From sequence record PP496440.1: a stretch of DNA of 64,000 nucleotides, one strand, 5' to 3'. A program made the translations under genes and the position numbers. Shown piece by piece: positions 18,584 to 27,860 of the stretch (positions within the stretch are counted from its first letter, which is position 1; every line of letters begins with the position of its first letter). The notes beneath the pieces are model-generated. The model was not told the origin of the DNA. It was given only the letters and a program-made list of their open reading frames with translations, and did no database searches.

Positions 18584-18940
18584 ATGATCAAGTTGGCGCT
18601 GGCCCTGCTGATGACAATGGGGGCCATGTACGGCCTTCCGATGGCACAAGCTTCCGAACCGTTACAAGGTAAGTACGAAGGTTATCAGTTCGGTGTTACT
18701 CGGTGCGACGCCCGCAACATGTCTGATCTCGGTCAGGGTTGCATCATGCGTGAGAGCATGTTTGAAGCGCGTGCCTTCAACTGGTCCGACTGGATCGTTC
18801 GGCTGACCCAGAACAGAACGGCTATCGTCACCGACATCCGGTATCAAGACGGTAAGTCTGGCGCTGATCCTTTCATCAACGTCTATTACATCTACGACCC
18901 GCACGCTCGGTACGATGAGTTGGCACCCAAGAAGGAGTAG
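18584..18940 (+). CDS. Exported hypothetical protein
   Basis: GAGG RBS, signal peptide ending AQA, Cys pair. Confidence 0.7.
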   Translation: MIKLALALLMTMGAMYGLPMAQASEPLQGKYEGYQFGVTRCDARNMSDLGQGCIMRESMFEARAFNWSDWIVRLTQNRTAIVTDIRYQDGKSGADPFINVYYIYDPHARYDELAPKKE

Positions 18941-18944
18941 TACC

Positions 18945-19517
18945 ATGATCATCTTTCCGCCGGGACTGGACGTAACCCAACGAGACAGCGCCGAGTGTGC
19001 CTATAATCGTCTGATGTTGCAGCTGGACTTAATGGAAGACGACAACGATCATACGCTCGAAATGGAGCAGATGCTGGCCGAACACCGTCAGCAATTGGAA
19101 CTGTGGATCTGCATGTTCATGGAGAAGATTGCACTGGGGTTGCACTCCAGCCCGGTGTGGCAAGAGGCCGCAGTGCTGAACATGCAACAGATCCAATCCA
19201 TCCTCGACATTATGGTCGTCTTGGTTGGTAGCCTTGATCCCAAGGAGAAGATGGAGGGTGAGTTCCCGGAACGGCGGACAAGATCATTAGCGTTGGCTCA
19301 ATCCTTCGAGAAACAACGCCGGTATAAGAACTACTTCGTCAGCACGGTAGAGAGTTTCTTTTGCTCTTTGTTCCTCGCCGTGTACCGATACAACTGGCCT
19401 TACGTGGGCAAGCTGTCCCCCGAAGATGTGCGGCTGGACTTCCTACTAGAAGAGGGAAAACGCTACATACGTGCGTTGGAGATCAATCAAAGTCAGATGA
19501 ATAATGCTCGGGTCTGA
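18945..19517 (+). CDS. Hypothetical protein
   Basis: AAGGAG RBS, open frame. Confidence 0.7.
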   Translation: MIIFPPGLDVTQRDSAECAYNRLMLQLDLMEDDNDHTLEMEQMLAEHRQQLELWICMFMEKIALGLHSSPVWQEAAVLNMQQIQSILDIMVVLVGSLDPKEKMEGEFPERRTRSLALAQSFEKQRRYKNYFVSTVESFFCSLFLAVYRYNWPYVGKLSPEDVRLDFLLEEGKRYIRALEINQSQMNNARV

Positions 19518-19618
19518 CTGAACTTTCCTACCTTTTCCTCCCGACTTACTACCCCTTGGGCAAGCTAATTCCAAGCATGTCCAACGAAATATATAACCTG
19601 CTTTAGGAGTGCTACCAG

Positions 19619-22492
19619 ATGTATGTAATCCGCCGAGACGGAAGTCGTTCCTTGTTCCAGAGCGAAAAAATCCGGGCTGCTATCGAGCGAGCCTTCTTCG
19701 CGGTCCATGGTCGTGACGCTGATATTCCCACACAGACTGGCCGTGTCACTCAGGCAGTAGAGTCTGGCTTATCCAGTCAAGAGTCTGTCCACATCGAAGT
19801 CATTCAGGAAGGCGTACTAGCTGCGCTGATCGCTGAAGGCCACCCCCGCGTCGAGCATGCCTACCGCGTGTATCGAGACGCCCGCACTGCCCAGCGTGAG
19901 CTGCCCCAGGCTTACACTGACGAGAACGGTACTGCTATCAGCATCCCGGCTCTCACCGACATCCTCGCCCGCGTATCCTTCCGCCTGCCCTACGACGTGA
20001 CGGTTCACTTGGACCTGGTGGCCGTGGCACGCTCGGCGTTCCTGCAGATGTTCAACGGGATCAAAGCCGCTGACGTGCACAACGCGCTGATCTTGGCGAC
20101 CCGTGCGTTCATCGAGCGCGCCCCCGAGTACAGCAATCTGGCAGCACAACTGCTGCTGGCTCAGACGGCACGTGAAGTGTGGGACCTTGACGCCACCACG
20201 TACCCCACCGCCGATACCTACGCCAAGTGCTACAAGCAGGATACCGTAAGGCTTCTGATTGTCGGCGTGAAAGACGGCATCTACGATCCCAAGCTGACCA
20301 CTGGTGGCAGATTAGGATTTGACTTGGACCTCCTCCGGTCAGCAATCAAACCGGAACGTGACCTGCAGTTCGACTACTTGGGTTTGCAGACCCTGTACGA
20401 CCGTTACTTCATCCGCCGCGCAGGCGAAGGCGTTCGTATCGAAATGCCACAGACGTTCTTCATGCGGGTGGCCATGGGTCTGGCGATCCTTGAAAGCGAT
20501 CCAACGTCAGCGGCGCTTGAGTTCTACGACGTGTTGTCCACGTTCGACTACATGGCCTCGACCCCGACCCTGTTCAACGCAGGCACCACCCACAGCCAGA
20601 TGTCGAGTTGCTACTTGACCACTGTGCCGGACGACCTGCTGGGCATCTACGGCGCCATTCAAGACAACGCCATGCTGTCCAAGTACGCTGGCGGTCTGGG
20701 CAACGACTGGACGCCGGTGCGTGCACTGGGTAGCCTGATCAAGGGCACCAACGGCAGGTCGCAAGGCGTGGTCCCGTTCCTCAAGGTGGTTAACGACACC
20801 GCCGTCGCCGTTAACCAAGGCGGAAAGCGCAAGGGTGCCGTGTGTGCATACCTTGAAACGTGGCACATGGACATCGAAGAGTTCACCGAGCTGCGCAAGA
20901 ACACAGGTGATGATCGTCGTCGTACCCACGACATGAACACCGCCAACTGGGTTCCTGACCTGTTCATGGATCGCCAGATGAAGGACATGGATTGGACCTT
21001 GTTCACTCCGTCGGAATGCCCTGACCTCCATGAGCTGTACGGCGAGGCTTTCAAAGCCCGTTACGAGTTCTACGAGGCGGAAGCTGCCGCTGGCCGTATC
21101 CAGACCTTCAAGACCGTGCGCGCCAAGGACTTGTACCGCAAGATCCTGTCCATGATCTTCGAAACCGGCCACCCGTGGATCACGTTCAAAGATCCATGCA
21201 ACATCCGCAGCCCGCAGCAACACGTCGGCGTCGTGCACAGCTCCAACCTGTGTACTGAGATCACCCTGAACACGAAGTCCTCCACGCCTGAACTCAAGGA
21301 CGGCGAGACGGCAGTGTGCAACTTGGGTTCGATCAACCTGCCGCGCCACTTGAAATACGTGGGCGAAGGTGGGCAGTCTCTGGACATCGACCACGAGAAG
21401 CTGAAACGCACCGTTACTCTGGCTGTGCGTATGCTGGACAACGTGATCGACATCAACTTCTACCCGACCAAGGAAGCGAAGAACAGCAACATGCGCCACC
21501 GTCCGATCGGTCTGGGTGTCATGGGCTTCCAAGACGTGTTGTACGCCAACAACGTCGGCTATGACAGCGAGCTGGCTACGTTCTGGGCGGGCTACTTCCA
21601 GCGGTCCATCGCCTTGTACGCCATCAACGCATCATGTGATCTGGCCCAACTACGCGGTGCGTACGAATCATTCCAAGGTTCGGATTGGTCGCTGGGTGTT
21701 CTTCCAGTTCACACGTTCCAAACCCAGATCGATATCCGTCGTCGTCAGGGCTTCAAGGTGGAAGCAGCGCAGAAAGCCCAAGATCATGCGTACTTTATCG
21801 GCAAAACCAAGATCAACGGCAAGACGCTGAACGAGTTGGAAAGCCAATTGGCGAACAAGGTAACTCACGGCATGCGTAACAGCAACGTGATGGCGATTGC
21901 GCCGACGGCTACCATCTCGAACATCGTGGGTGTGACTCAGAGCATCGAGCCTACGTACGAGCAGGTGTTCGTCAAGGACAACCTGAGCGGCAAGTTCACC
22001 GTGATCAACCGCTTCTTGGTTGAGCAGCTGCGTAATTGCGGTCTGTGGGACTCGGACATGCTCGACCAGCTCAAGATGAAAAACGGATCCATTCAGGGCA
22101 TCCCTGAAATCCCGGAAGGCATCAAGGACGTGTATCGCACTGCGTTCGAGTATGAGCCTGAGGTGCTGATCAACTGTGCCATCCAGCGTCAGATCCCAAT
22201 CGATCAGGCACAGTCGCTCAACCTGTACATGGCGAACCCGTCGGGTAAGAAGCTGGCGAACACGTACGACTACGGCTTCGAGATTGGGTTGAAGACCACG
22301 TATTACCTCCGCGCCAAGGCTGCGTCGTCCATCGAGAAGTCCACCAGTCGTACCGGCGGCGAGCTGAACAGCGTCAAGAACGCTGCGAAGGTAGAAGCCC
22401 CCGTTGCTGCTCCAATGCCGGAAGCTGAAGGTGCTGCATGCTTCCTGCGTCCAGGTGATCCGGGCTTTGCAGAGTGCGAAAGCTGCCAGTAG
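19619..22492 (+). CDS. nrdA: Ribonucleotide reductase class Ia alpha subunit, two ATP cones
   Basis: VIRRDG ATP cone, ASTPTLFNAG, SSCYL, SSNLCTEI, VCNLGSINL, APTATIS, KTTYYLR, C-terminal CxxC. Confidence 0.97.
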   Translation: MYVIRRDGSRSLFQSEKIRAAIERAFFAVHGRDADIPTQTGRVTQAVESGLSSQESVHIEVIQEGVLAALIAEGHPRVEHAYRVYRDARTAQRELPQAYTDENGTAISIPALTDILARVSFRLPYDVTVHLDLVAVARSAFLQMFNGIKAADVHNALILATRAFIERAPEYSNLAAQLLLAQTAREVWDLDATTYPTADTYAKCYKQDTVRLLIVGVKDGIYDPKLTTGGRLGFDLDLLRSAIKPERDLQFDYLGLQTLYDRYFIRRAGEGVRIEMPQTFFMRVAMGLAILESDPTSAALEFYDVLSTFDYMASTPTLFNAGTTHSQMSSCYLTTVPDDLLGIYGAIQDNAMLSKYAGGLGNDWTPVRALGSLIKGTNGRSQGVVPFLKVVNDTAVAVNQGGKRKGAVCAYLETWHMDIEEFTELRKNTGDDRRRTHDMNTANWVPDLFMDRQMKDMDWTLFTPSECPDLHELYGEAFKARYEFYEAEAAAGRIQTFKTVRAKDLYRKILSMIFETGHPWITFKDPCNIRSPQQHVGVVHSSNLCTEITLNTKSSTPELKDGETAVCNLGSINLPRHLKYVGEGGQSLDIDHEKLKRTVTLAVRMLDNVIDINFYPTKEAKNSNMRHRPIGLGVMGFQDVLYANNVGYDSELATFWAGYFQRSIALYAINASCDLAQLRGAYESFQGSDWSLGVLPVHTFQTQIDIRRRQGFKVEAAQKAQDHAYFIGKTKINGKTLNELESQLANKVTHGMRNSNVMAIAPTATISNIVGVTQSIEPTYEQVFVKDNLSGKFTVINRFLVEQLRNCGLWDSDMLDQLKMKNGSIQGIPEIPEGIKDVYRTAFEYEPEVLINCAIQRQIPIDQAQSLNLYMANPSGKKLANTYDYGFEIGLKTTYYLRAKAASSIEKSTSRTGGELNSVKNAAKVEAPVAAPMPEAEGAACFLRPGDPGFAECESCQ

Positions 22493-22516
22493 TCTGATCC
22501 AGCTGTAATGTAAATG

Positions 22517-22550
22517 ATAGGGCGGGCAGGCAACTGTTTCCGCCCTATTT
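22517..22550 (+). terminator. Terminator-like hairpin after nrdA
   Basis: ATAGGGCGG/CCGCCCTAT stem, GCAA loop, short T tract. Confidence 0.55.
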
Positions 22551-22576
22551 CATCTGTTGCACATGGGGCTTACCTT

Positions 22577-23362
22577 ATGAGTGCTGTACCTAATCGTGTG
22601 TCCCTAGTGGACAAGCGCATCTTCAACGGAAAGGCTGATGTCAACGCCTTGCTACCGCTTCGGTATCCGTGGGCCTATGACGCCTACGTGAACGCGAACA
22701 AGAACCACTGGCTTCCCGGCGACATCCACCTCGATCTGGATCGAGTCAACCATGAACATCAGTCGTACTGGCCTGCTGTCAGCCGGTTCCTGATCAGCGT
22801 AGCCCAGCGCGCCGAGATCGATCGACAGCACATGCTCTTCGTGTATCGGGCCACCACGGCGCCCGAGGTTCGTCAGCGCTTCCTCCGTATGGGTCAGGAA
22901 GACACCATTGCCATCATGCTGGCGCAAGACATGGGGCTGGCACTGGAAGACTTCATCCCGTCTCCAGAGGTGGTGTTGTACAAGACGGAGAAAGCCTATC
23001 TGGCCGGGCTCATGGAACTGATCGAGCGTAAGCTCTTGTCCGTGGCCGAAGGCAAGTACATCCTCGAAGAAGTACCGGGGGTGCACCAGAATATACGCAA
23101 AGCAGTTGAGAACATCCACCGCGACGTGGACTCTCAGTTGGACTTCCTGTTCACCCTGCTGCGCACCTTCCTTGGCGAATGCGAGGTCAGCTCCTACCGG
23201 GGTTGCAACACGCAAGCGTTCTGGCAGAGCAGCAACCAGTACCACGCCCACCTGAACTCGATTGTTCTGAACGTTCTGACGGGGGCGCCGGTTACCCCTA
23301 CGCCGTATCAGACACAGGTGGTCGCAGACAACCAAACCAAAGACACACTGACCTGGGACTGA
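22577..23362 (+). CDS. Degenerate NrdB paralogue (intact ORF; metal ligands and radical Tyr lost)
   Basis: DKRIFNGKADVNALLPLRYPWAY...NHWLP is NrdB N-terminus; EEAFH->EDTIA, RDESGH->RDVDSQ; ends LTWD like NrdB LEWD. Confidence 0.75.
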   Translation: MSAVPNRVSLVDKRIFNGKADVNALLPLRYPWAYDAYVNANKNHWLPGDIHLDLDRVNHEHQSYWPAVSRFLISVAQRAEIDRQHMLFVYRATTAPEVRQRFLRMGQEDTIAIMLAQDMGLALEDFIPSPEVVLYKTEKAYLAGLMELIERKLLSVAEGKYILEEVPGVHQNIRKAVENIHRDVDSQLDFLFTLLRTFLGECEVSSYRGCNTQAFWQSSNQYHAHLNSIVLNVLTGAPVTPTPYQTQVVADNQTKDTLTWD

Positions 23363-23364
23363 CT

Positions 23365-24339
23365 ATGACCGTTCTTACTCACGTAAACCCGCACGAACAT
23401 GAGTGGGCGTTGGAAAAGACCTTGGCGTCAAACTCGAACCATTGGTTGCCCCAAGAGATTGGACTGTCCACCGACATCCTGCAATGGAAGACCGGACAGT
23501 TGAGCGACGACGAGATGCGCATGGTCAAGCGTAACCTAGGGTTCTTCTCCACCGCTGACTCGCTGGCCGCGAACAACATCATTCTCGGCACTATACGCCA
23601 CATAAAGAACCGTAACTGTCGCCACTACCTGTTCCGACAAGCGTATGAAGAGGCATTCCACACGGAGTCCTACGCGTACGTGATCGAGAGCCTTGGTTTG
23701 GATCAGGGTGAGATCTTCAACGCGTACAACGAGATCGACTCGATCCGGGCCAAGGACGAATTCCTTCTGCCGTACATCGAGGTGCTGACCGATCCGGCGT
23801 TCCAAGCGGACACCATCGAGAACGTCCAGATCCTGCTCAAGTCGCTGTTCGCATTCGCGTGCATTATGGAAGGTCTGTTCTTCTACGTCGGCTTCGTCCA
23901 GATGCTGTCGCTGGGCCGTCGCAACAAGCTGCCCGGCTCCTCGCAAGAGTTCCAGTACATCCTGCGCGATGAGAGCGGCCACTGCAACTTTGGCATCGAC
24001 CTGATCAACACGATCAAGCGCGAGTACCCCGGCGTGTGGACTGCGGAACTCCAGAAGGAGTGCACCGACATGTTGCGCACCGGCGTTGACCTGGAGCAAG
24101 CCTATGCGGTAGACACTCTGCCCAACGGTGTGCTGGGTCTGAACGCGGACAACACACGCCAGTACCTGGAGTTCATCGCGGACCGCCGCTGCATTCAGGT
24201 GGAGCTGCCGGTACAGTACAACCAGAACGACAACCCGTTCCCGTGGATGTCGGAGATGGTTGACTTGAACAACGAGGAGAACTTCTTCGAGAAGAAGGTG
24301 CTTGCGTACCAGCAAGCCGCCGGACTGGAGTGGGACTAA
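23365..24339 (+). CDS. nrdB: Ribonucleotide reductase class Ia beta subunit
   Basis: FFSTAD, EEAFHTESY (ExxH plus radical Tyr), MEGLFF, RDESGH, ENFFEKKVLAYQ. Confidence 0.96.
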   Translation: MTVLTHVNPHEHEWALEKTLASNSNHWLPQEIGLSTDILQWKTGQLSDDEMRMVKRNLGFFSTADSLAANNIILGTIRHIKNRNCRHYLFRQAYEEAFHTESYAYVIESLGLDQGEIFNAYNEIDSIRAKDEFLLPYIEVLTDPAFQADTIENVQILLKSLFAFACIMEGLFFYVGFVQMLSLGRRNKLPGSSQEFQYILRDESGHCNFGIDLINTIKREYPGVWTAELQKECTDMLRTGVDLEQAYAVDTLPNGVLGLNADNTRQYLEFIADRRCIQVELPVQYNQNDNPFPWMSEMVDLNNEENFFEKKVLAYQQAAGLEWD

Positions 24340-24340
24340 C

Positions 24341-24442
24341 ATGATCTATACGTGTCCGAAGTGTAACCGGTTGCATTCAGATGGGACAAGCAACTTCGAG
24401 CTAGTCGTTCTGTGCCGGTATTGCAACCCACTGAAGGGGTAA
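24341..24442 (+). CDS. 33-aa Zn-finger microprotein
   Basis: MIYTCPKC...CRYCNPLKG read by hand; starts 1 nt after nrdB stop. Confidence 0.5.
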   Translation: MIYTCPKCNRLHSDGTSNFELVVLCRYCNPLKG

Positions 24443-24456
24443 TACGGTCCGGTAAA

Positions 24457-24487
24457 TAGGGGAGTGAGCAATCGCTTCCCTATTTTT
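24457..24487 (+). terminator. Intrinsic terminator
   Basis: TAGGGGAGTGA-GCAA-TCGCTTCCCTA followed by TTTTT. Confidence 0.75.
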
Positions 24488-24504
24488 ATGTCTGGAGTTT
24501 ACCA

Positions 24505-24747
24505 ATGGCTACCGAGACTAATGACATCTTTGTTGTAATGGCAGACGTGCAGTATGAATCATCCACGCCGGTCAAGGCATTCCGTGCCAAGCGTTCAGCC
24601 AACGCCTTTATGAAGAAGTGCGAGACGTATCAAGAAGGTTACACTGCCGGGTGTAATGATCAGAAGTGGAAGGACAAGCACCCGGCAGGCGTTGACAATT
24701 ACAACGCAGACGGTTACTCACTGTCCGTTATCCCCTTCGTGGGCTAG
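24505..24747 (+). CDS. Hypothetical protein
   Basis: GGAG RBS, 80 aa. Confidence 0.7.
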   Translation: MATETNDIFVVMADVQYESSTPVKAFRAKRSANAFMKKCETYQEGYTAGCNDQKWKDKHPAGVDNYNADGYSLSVIPFVG

Positions 24748-24754
24748 GTGAACC

Positions 24755-24943
24755 ATGACCAACGTAGTCGATTTCCCGAAGAAGGATACCGCTGAACCAG
24801 AGAGCACGGAGCTTGTGTTGAACGATCAGCAGATGGACGAGTTTGAACGTAATCTTGAGCAGCGTCCTCCCGAAACCAATCTGTCACTCCAGCGCTTGCT
24901 AAGGCGTCCTACCCGCTGGAAGGACCAATTACCTTTGGAATAG
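24755..24943 (+). CDS. Truncated DUF1778/TacA-like antitoxin (C-terminal part only)
   Basis: LVLNDQQMDEFERNLEQRPPETNLSLQRLLRRPTRW resembles the DUF1778 C-terminus; no RHH domain. Confidence 0.55.
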   Translation: MTNVVDFPKKDTAEPESTELVLNDQQMDEFERNLEQRPPETNLSLQRLLRRPTRWKDQLPLE

Positions 24944-24946
24944 AAA

Positions 24947-26044
24947 ATGAACGATGATCTGAGAATCACAGAGGTTAACTCTGTGAAGGAATACGATGAG
25001 CACGTGGACGAACTGCTGCTGACCTTGTTGGGGCTGGGTTCTTCCGCTACTCGCAACGACCAAGGCACCCGCAAGCTGGGCGCCACGTCGATCAGCTTCA
25101 ACCTGCTGTCGATGTACCCCTCGATCCCGATGACCACGCTACGCCCGATCTCGTGGGCCAGTATCCTCGGTGAGATGCTGGGTTTCATCCGGGGTGAGAC
25201 CAATGTCGAAGCGTTCAAAGAACTGGGCACCAAAGTCTGGAATGCTAACGCTAAGGAACCCGCGTGGAAGAGCAATGCACTCGCACCTAACGAAGGTGAC
25301 CTCGGACCAATCTATGGCAAGCAGTGGCGCAAGTGGGATGACATCAAGGTAGCCCCCTATGACACTGATCTGTCCACGATGGGCTACACAAAGATGGGCC
25401 GTCTGGACGATGAATTGGGATGGGAGACCGTAGGACTACCGCTTAACGCGGTGTGGCGTCGTGAAGTTGACCAGTTGATGGAAGCCTTGAACCGCATCAA
25501 GGCCAACCCCAACGACCGCCGTGCCGTCATCTCGGCGTGGAATCCCGGTGACATGGATTTCATGGCTCTGCCTCCTTGTCACGTGATGATGCAGCTGACC
25601 ACGGTGCCTTACACTCAGCACAAGTACGGCAGCTACATAGATGGGGTCAACGAATACGAAGCTGACATCGAGGTAGTACCCGAGTTCGTACTCAATCTGG
25701 TCGTGACCCAGCGCAGCCAAGACACTCTGCTCGGTCGAGCGTACAACATCCCGGCGTATGCTACCCTGCTTCGCCTGTTCGCTCACCTGTTGGAAATGGC
25801 GCCGGGCAATCTGGAGTTCAACGTCGGCGACCAGCACCTGTACAGCAACCATGGGGCAGCCGCTGACGAGGTAACTTGCCGAGAAAGTCTGGACAAGGAT
25901 GAGGAAGGCGAAAAGCTATTCCAACTCTCTATCGTCGGCGTGGACAAGTTCGAAGATTTGGACATCCTCACCGCCGACAACTTCATTCTGACTAATCAGG
26001 TTACGCATGGTAAGTTGGAATCCGACACCAAGATGACTGTGTAA
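24947..26044 (+). CDS. thyA: Thymidylate synthase
   Basis: LGPIYGKQWR, DRRAVISAWNP, ALPPCH, QRS.D.LLG..YN (dUMP-specifying Asn), HLYSNH. Confidence 0.93.
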   Translation: MNDDLRITEVNSVKEYDEHVDELLLTLLGLGSSATRNDQGTRKLGATSISFNLLSMYPSIPMTTLRPISWASILGEMLGFIRGETNVEAFKELGTKVWNANAKEPAWKSNALAPNEGDLGPIYGKQWRKWDDIKVAPYDTDLSTMGYTKMGRLDDELGWETVGLPLNAVWRREVDQLMEALNRIKANPNDRRAVISAWNPGDMDFMALPPCHVMMQLTTVPYTQHKYGSYIDGVNEYEADIEVVPEFVLNLVVTQRSQDTLLGRAYNIPAYATLLRLFAHLLEMAPGNLEFNVGDQHLYSNHGAAADEVTCRESLDKDEEGEKLFQLSIVGVDKFEDLDILTADNFILTNQVTHGKLESDTKMTV

Positions 26045-26055
26045 GGGGAATCGCC

Positions 26056-26787
26056 ATGAGCACCAATCCACCAATCAACGCCCGTATCCTCAACCTGAAA
26101 CCCCGTTCCGTTCAAGTCTACGACTTGATTCTGGACGACACGGATGATCGCACACTGCCCGAACAGATGCGAAGCGTGCTTCAAGGCATCTTCGACGAAC
26201 ATCCTGTAACCGAATATGGTGAGAAGAGTACGGTTATCGACACCGAGCACCTGACCAAAGCAACCATCGTCGCCGTAATCTACGACCCGTCCATCCGCGT
26301 CGCCTATTTGGTCGGGCAAGAACGTCGGGACGAAATGATCTCCGGCGCTTTCCCCGGCAAGCCGATGAACCCCGACTTCTACCTGAGTACTGACGCTCAA
26401 GAGTGGACGTCGGCGTTCTTCAACATCAACGGCAACTGTCTGAAAGACCTGACCGAAGATACGTTGTTCGGCTGGTTCGCCAACGCCATCGAGCGCGGCA
26501 AGTCTGACGGCACCAGTGATACCTACAATACGCTGGGTATCGTGCAGCCCGGTCTGCAAGGCATCAAGAAGGGCATTCCGCTGATGTCCCTGATCGAGGC
26601 AGGTATCCTCCCGCACACTGCGTACTGGTCCGATCCTCAGGCACCAGAATACGTCAGGTGGCTGGCGAAACAAGGCCAATCTGCTCAGCGTAGTATTGGG
26701 ATCAGGGCTACGGAAGATGTGGCAGCCCTGCTCGACGAGAAGCAGTCGTACGAATCTATCAACCCAAAGGAAGATAAGGAGTCCTGA
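26056..26787 (+). CDS. Hypothetical protein
   Basis: RBS and open frame; TDAQEW..AF...WFANAI phage-type motif. Confidence 0.75.
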   Translation: MSTNPPINARILNLKPRSVQVYDLILDDTDDRTLPEQMRSVLQGIFDEHPVTEYGEKSTVIDTEHLTKATIVAVIYDPSIRVAYLVGQERRDEMISGAFPGKPMNPDFYLSTDAQEWTSAFFNINGNCLKDLTEDTLFGWFANAIERGKSDGTSDTYNTLGIVQPGLQGIKKGIPLMSLIEAGILPHTAYWSDPQAPEYVRWLAKQGQSAQRSIGIRATEDVAALLDEKQSYESINPKEDKES

Positions 26788-26789
26788 TC

Positions 26790-27800
26790 ATGCAACAGTC
26801 ATCTGGCCGTCAAGAGTTGTTCCTGACCCGCCCTGAAGAAGTACGGGTTCATTACATCGCCAACGGTGAGTCGGTAGACGAAGCCATGGTCGAAGTCCGG
26901 AAGATGTACCCCGGCATTCGGTCCCCGGACTACTGGGTCAACCCCGGCGAAGACGCCACCGTCATCCTGATCTATATGCGCAGTGGTCAGGTAATCGTGG
27001 TGGACAACGAACACCTGCCGCGCTTCGTCATTCAGGTTCCGCTGCGCGCAGACGGGTGCTTCGCCGTATCCCCGGATCATATCAACGGTATCGTCGAAGA
27101 CCACGGAATCATGTTCGGTGCCTTCGAGAACAACACCGTCGCCAGCCTCAAGGTGAAAGGCACCGCGTTCCGAGTCCAAGGTGAATCCGGCTGCATTGAT
27201 CCTGCTGCGTTCCGACATGACCTCGGTGAAACGTACGCCATCGAGAATGCCAAGGACAAGATGTATGCGCTGGAAGGTTATGCACTGGCACGTATGCTGG
27301 GGCTGGCCGGATTGACCACGGTGGATACCACTGCCGAGTATCAGACGGGTTTCACCCTCGATGGCAAGCAACAGATCATGTTCCCCGACTACGCCACACG
27401 GGAACCAGACGGGGGTATGGACATGGACGAGGTGGAAGAAGGCATTGATCAGACTACCGAGTGTCTGAACGCAATCGTCCGAGCGGCTGAGAAGTGCTGG
27501 AGCGCAACGGTAGAGAGCGGCGGCGACCGGATGACGCAGGCCGTGGTGTTCCCCAGATTGCACGATGAATTGCTTCAGAAGGAAATGGGCACCTATCTGC
27601 TTGACCTAAATGGTCGCGTGCAGGAAGTCACTGAGAACAAAGCCATGTTCTTCCAGTGCACCATCCCCGGCAGGCACGGTATCCATCTGGTCCTGATGAA
27701 CAAGGAGATCGGTGCGACGATGTATCCCGGCGAAGATGGCTACTTCCAGTTGTCTCGGAACTTCCCGATGACCAACTGCTTCGTGACTGACCTGCCGTAG
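26790..27800 (+). CDS. Protein containing an N4 Gp49/Sf6 gp66-like domain
   Basis: TVASLKVKGTAFRVQGESGCIDPAAF..DLGETYAIENAKDKMYALEGYAL. Confidence 0.7.
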   Translation: MQQSSGRQELFLTRPEEVRVHYIANGESVDEAMVEVRKMYPGIRSPDYWVNPGEDATVILIYMRSGQVIVVDNEHLPRFVIQVPLRADGCFAVSPDHINGIVEDHGIMFGAFENNTVASLKVKGTAFRVQGESGCIDPAAFRHDLGETYAIENAKDKMYALEGYALARMLGLAGLTTVDTTAEYQTGFTLDGKQQIMFPDYATREPDGGMDMDEVEEGIDQTTECLNAIVRAAEKCWSATVESGGDRMTQAVVFPRLHDELLQKEMGTYLLDLNGRVQEVTENKAMFFQCTIPGRHGIHLVLMNKEIGATMYPGEDGYFQLSRNFPMTNCFVTDLP

Positions 27801-27811
27801 TAGGCCTGTTC

Positions 27812-27860
27812 TAGCTACTTCCAAGTATTGAATGAATAGTTTTTCACTTGGAGGTAGCTA
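27812..27860 (+). promoter_or_regulatory. RBS-sequestering hairpin
   Basis: TAGCTACTTCCAAGT pairs with ACTTGGAGGTAGCTA (15 bp, one G:U), covering GGAGG and the A of ATG. Confidence 0.7.

Noticed and set aside
23365-24339. Class Ic (Mn/Fe, Tyr-less) RNR
   Set aside because: The first ligand is Asp and the radical Tyr is present (EEAFHTESY)
24947-26044. dCMP hydroxymethylase or other base-modifying ThyA homologue
   Set aside because: The dUMP-specifying Asn is retained (RAYN), and DHFR is encoded nearby, consistent with ordinary ThyA
757-26044. Introns or inteins in terL, nrdA, nrdB, thyA
   Set aside because: The frames are continuous, with no homing endonuclease or intein splice motifs
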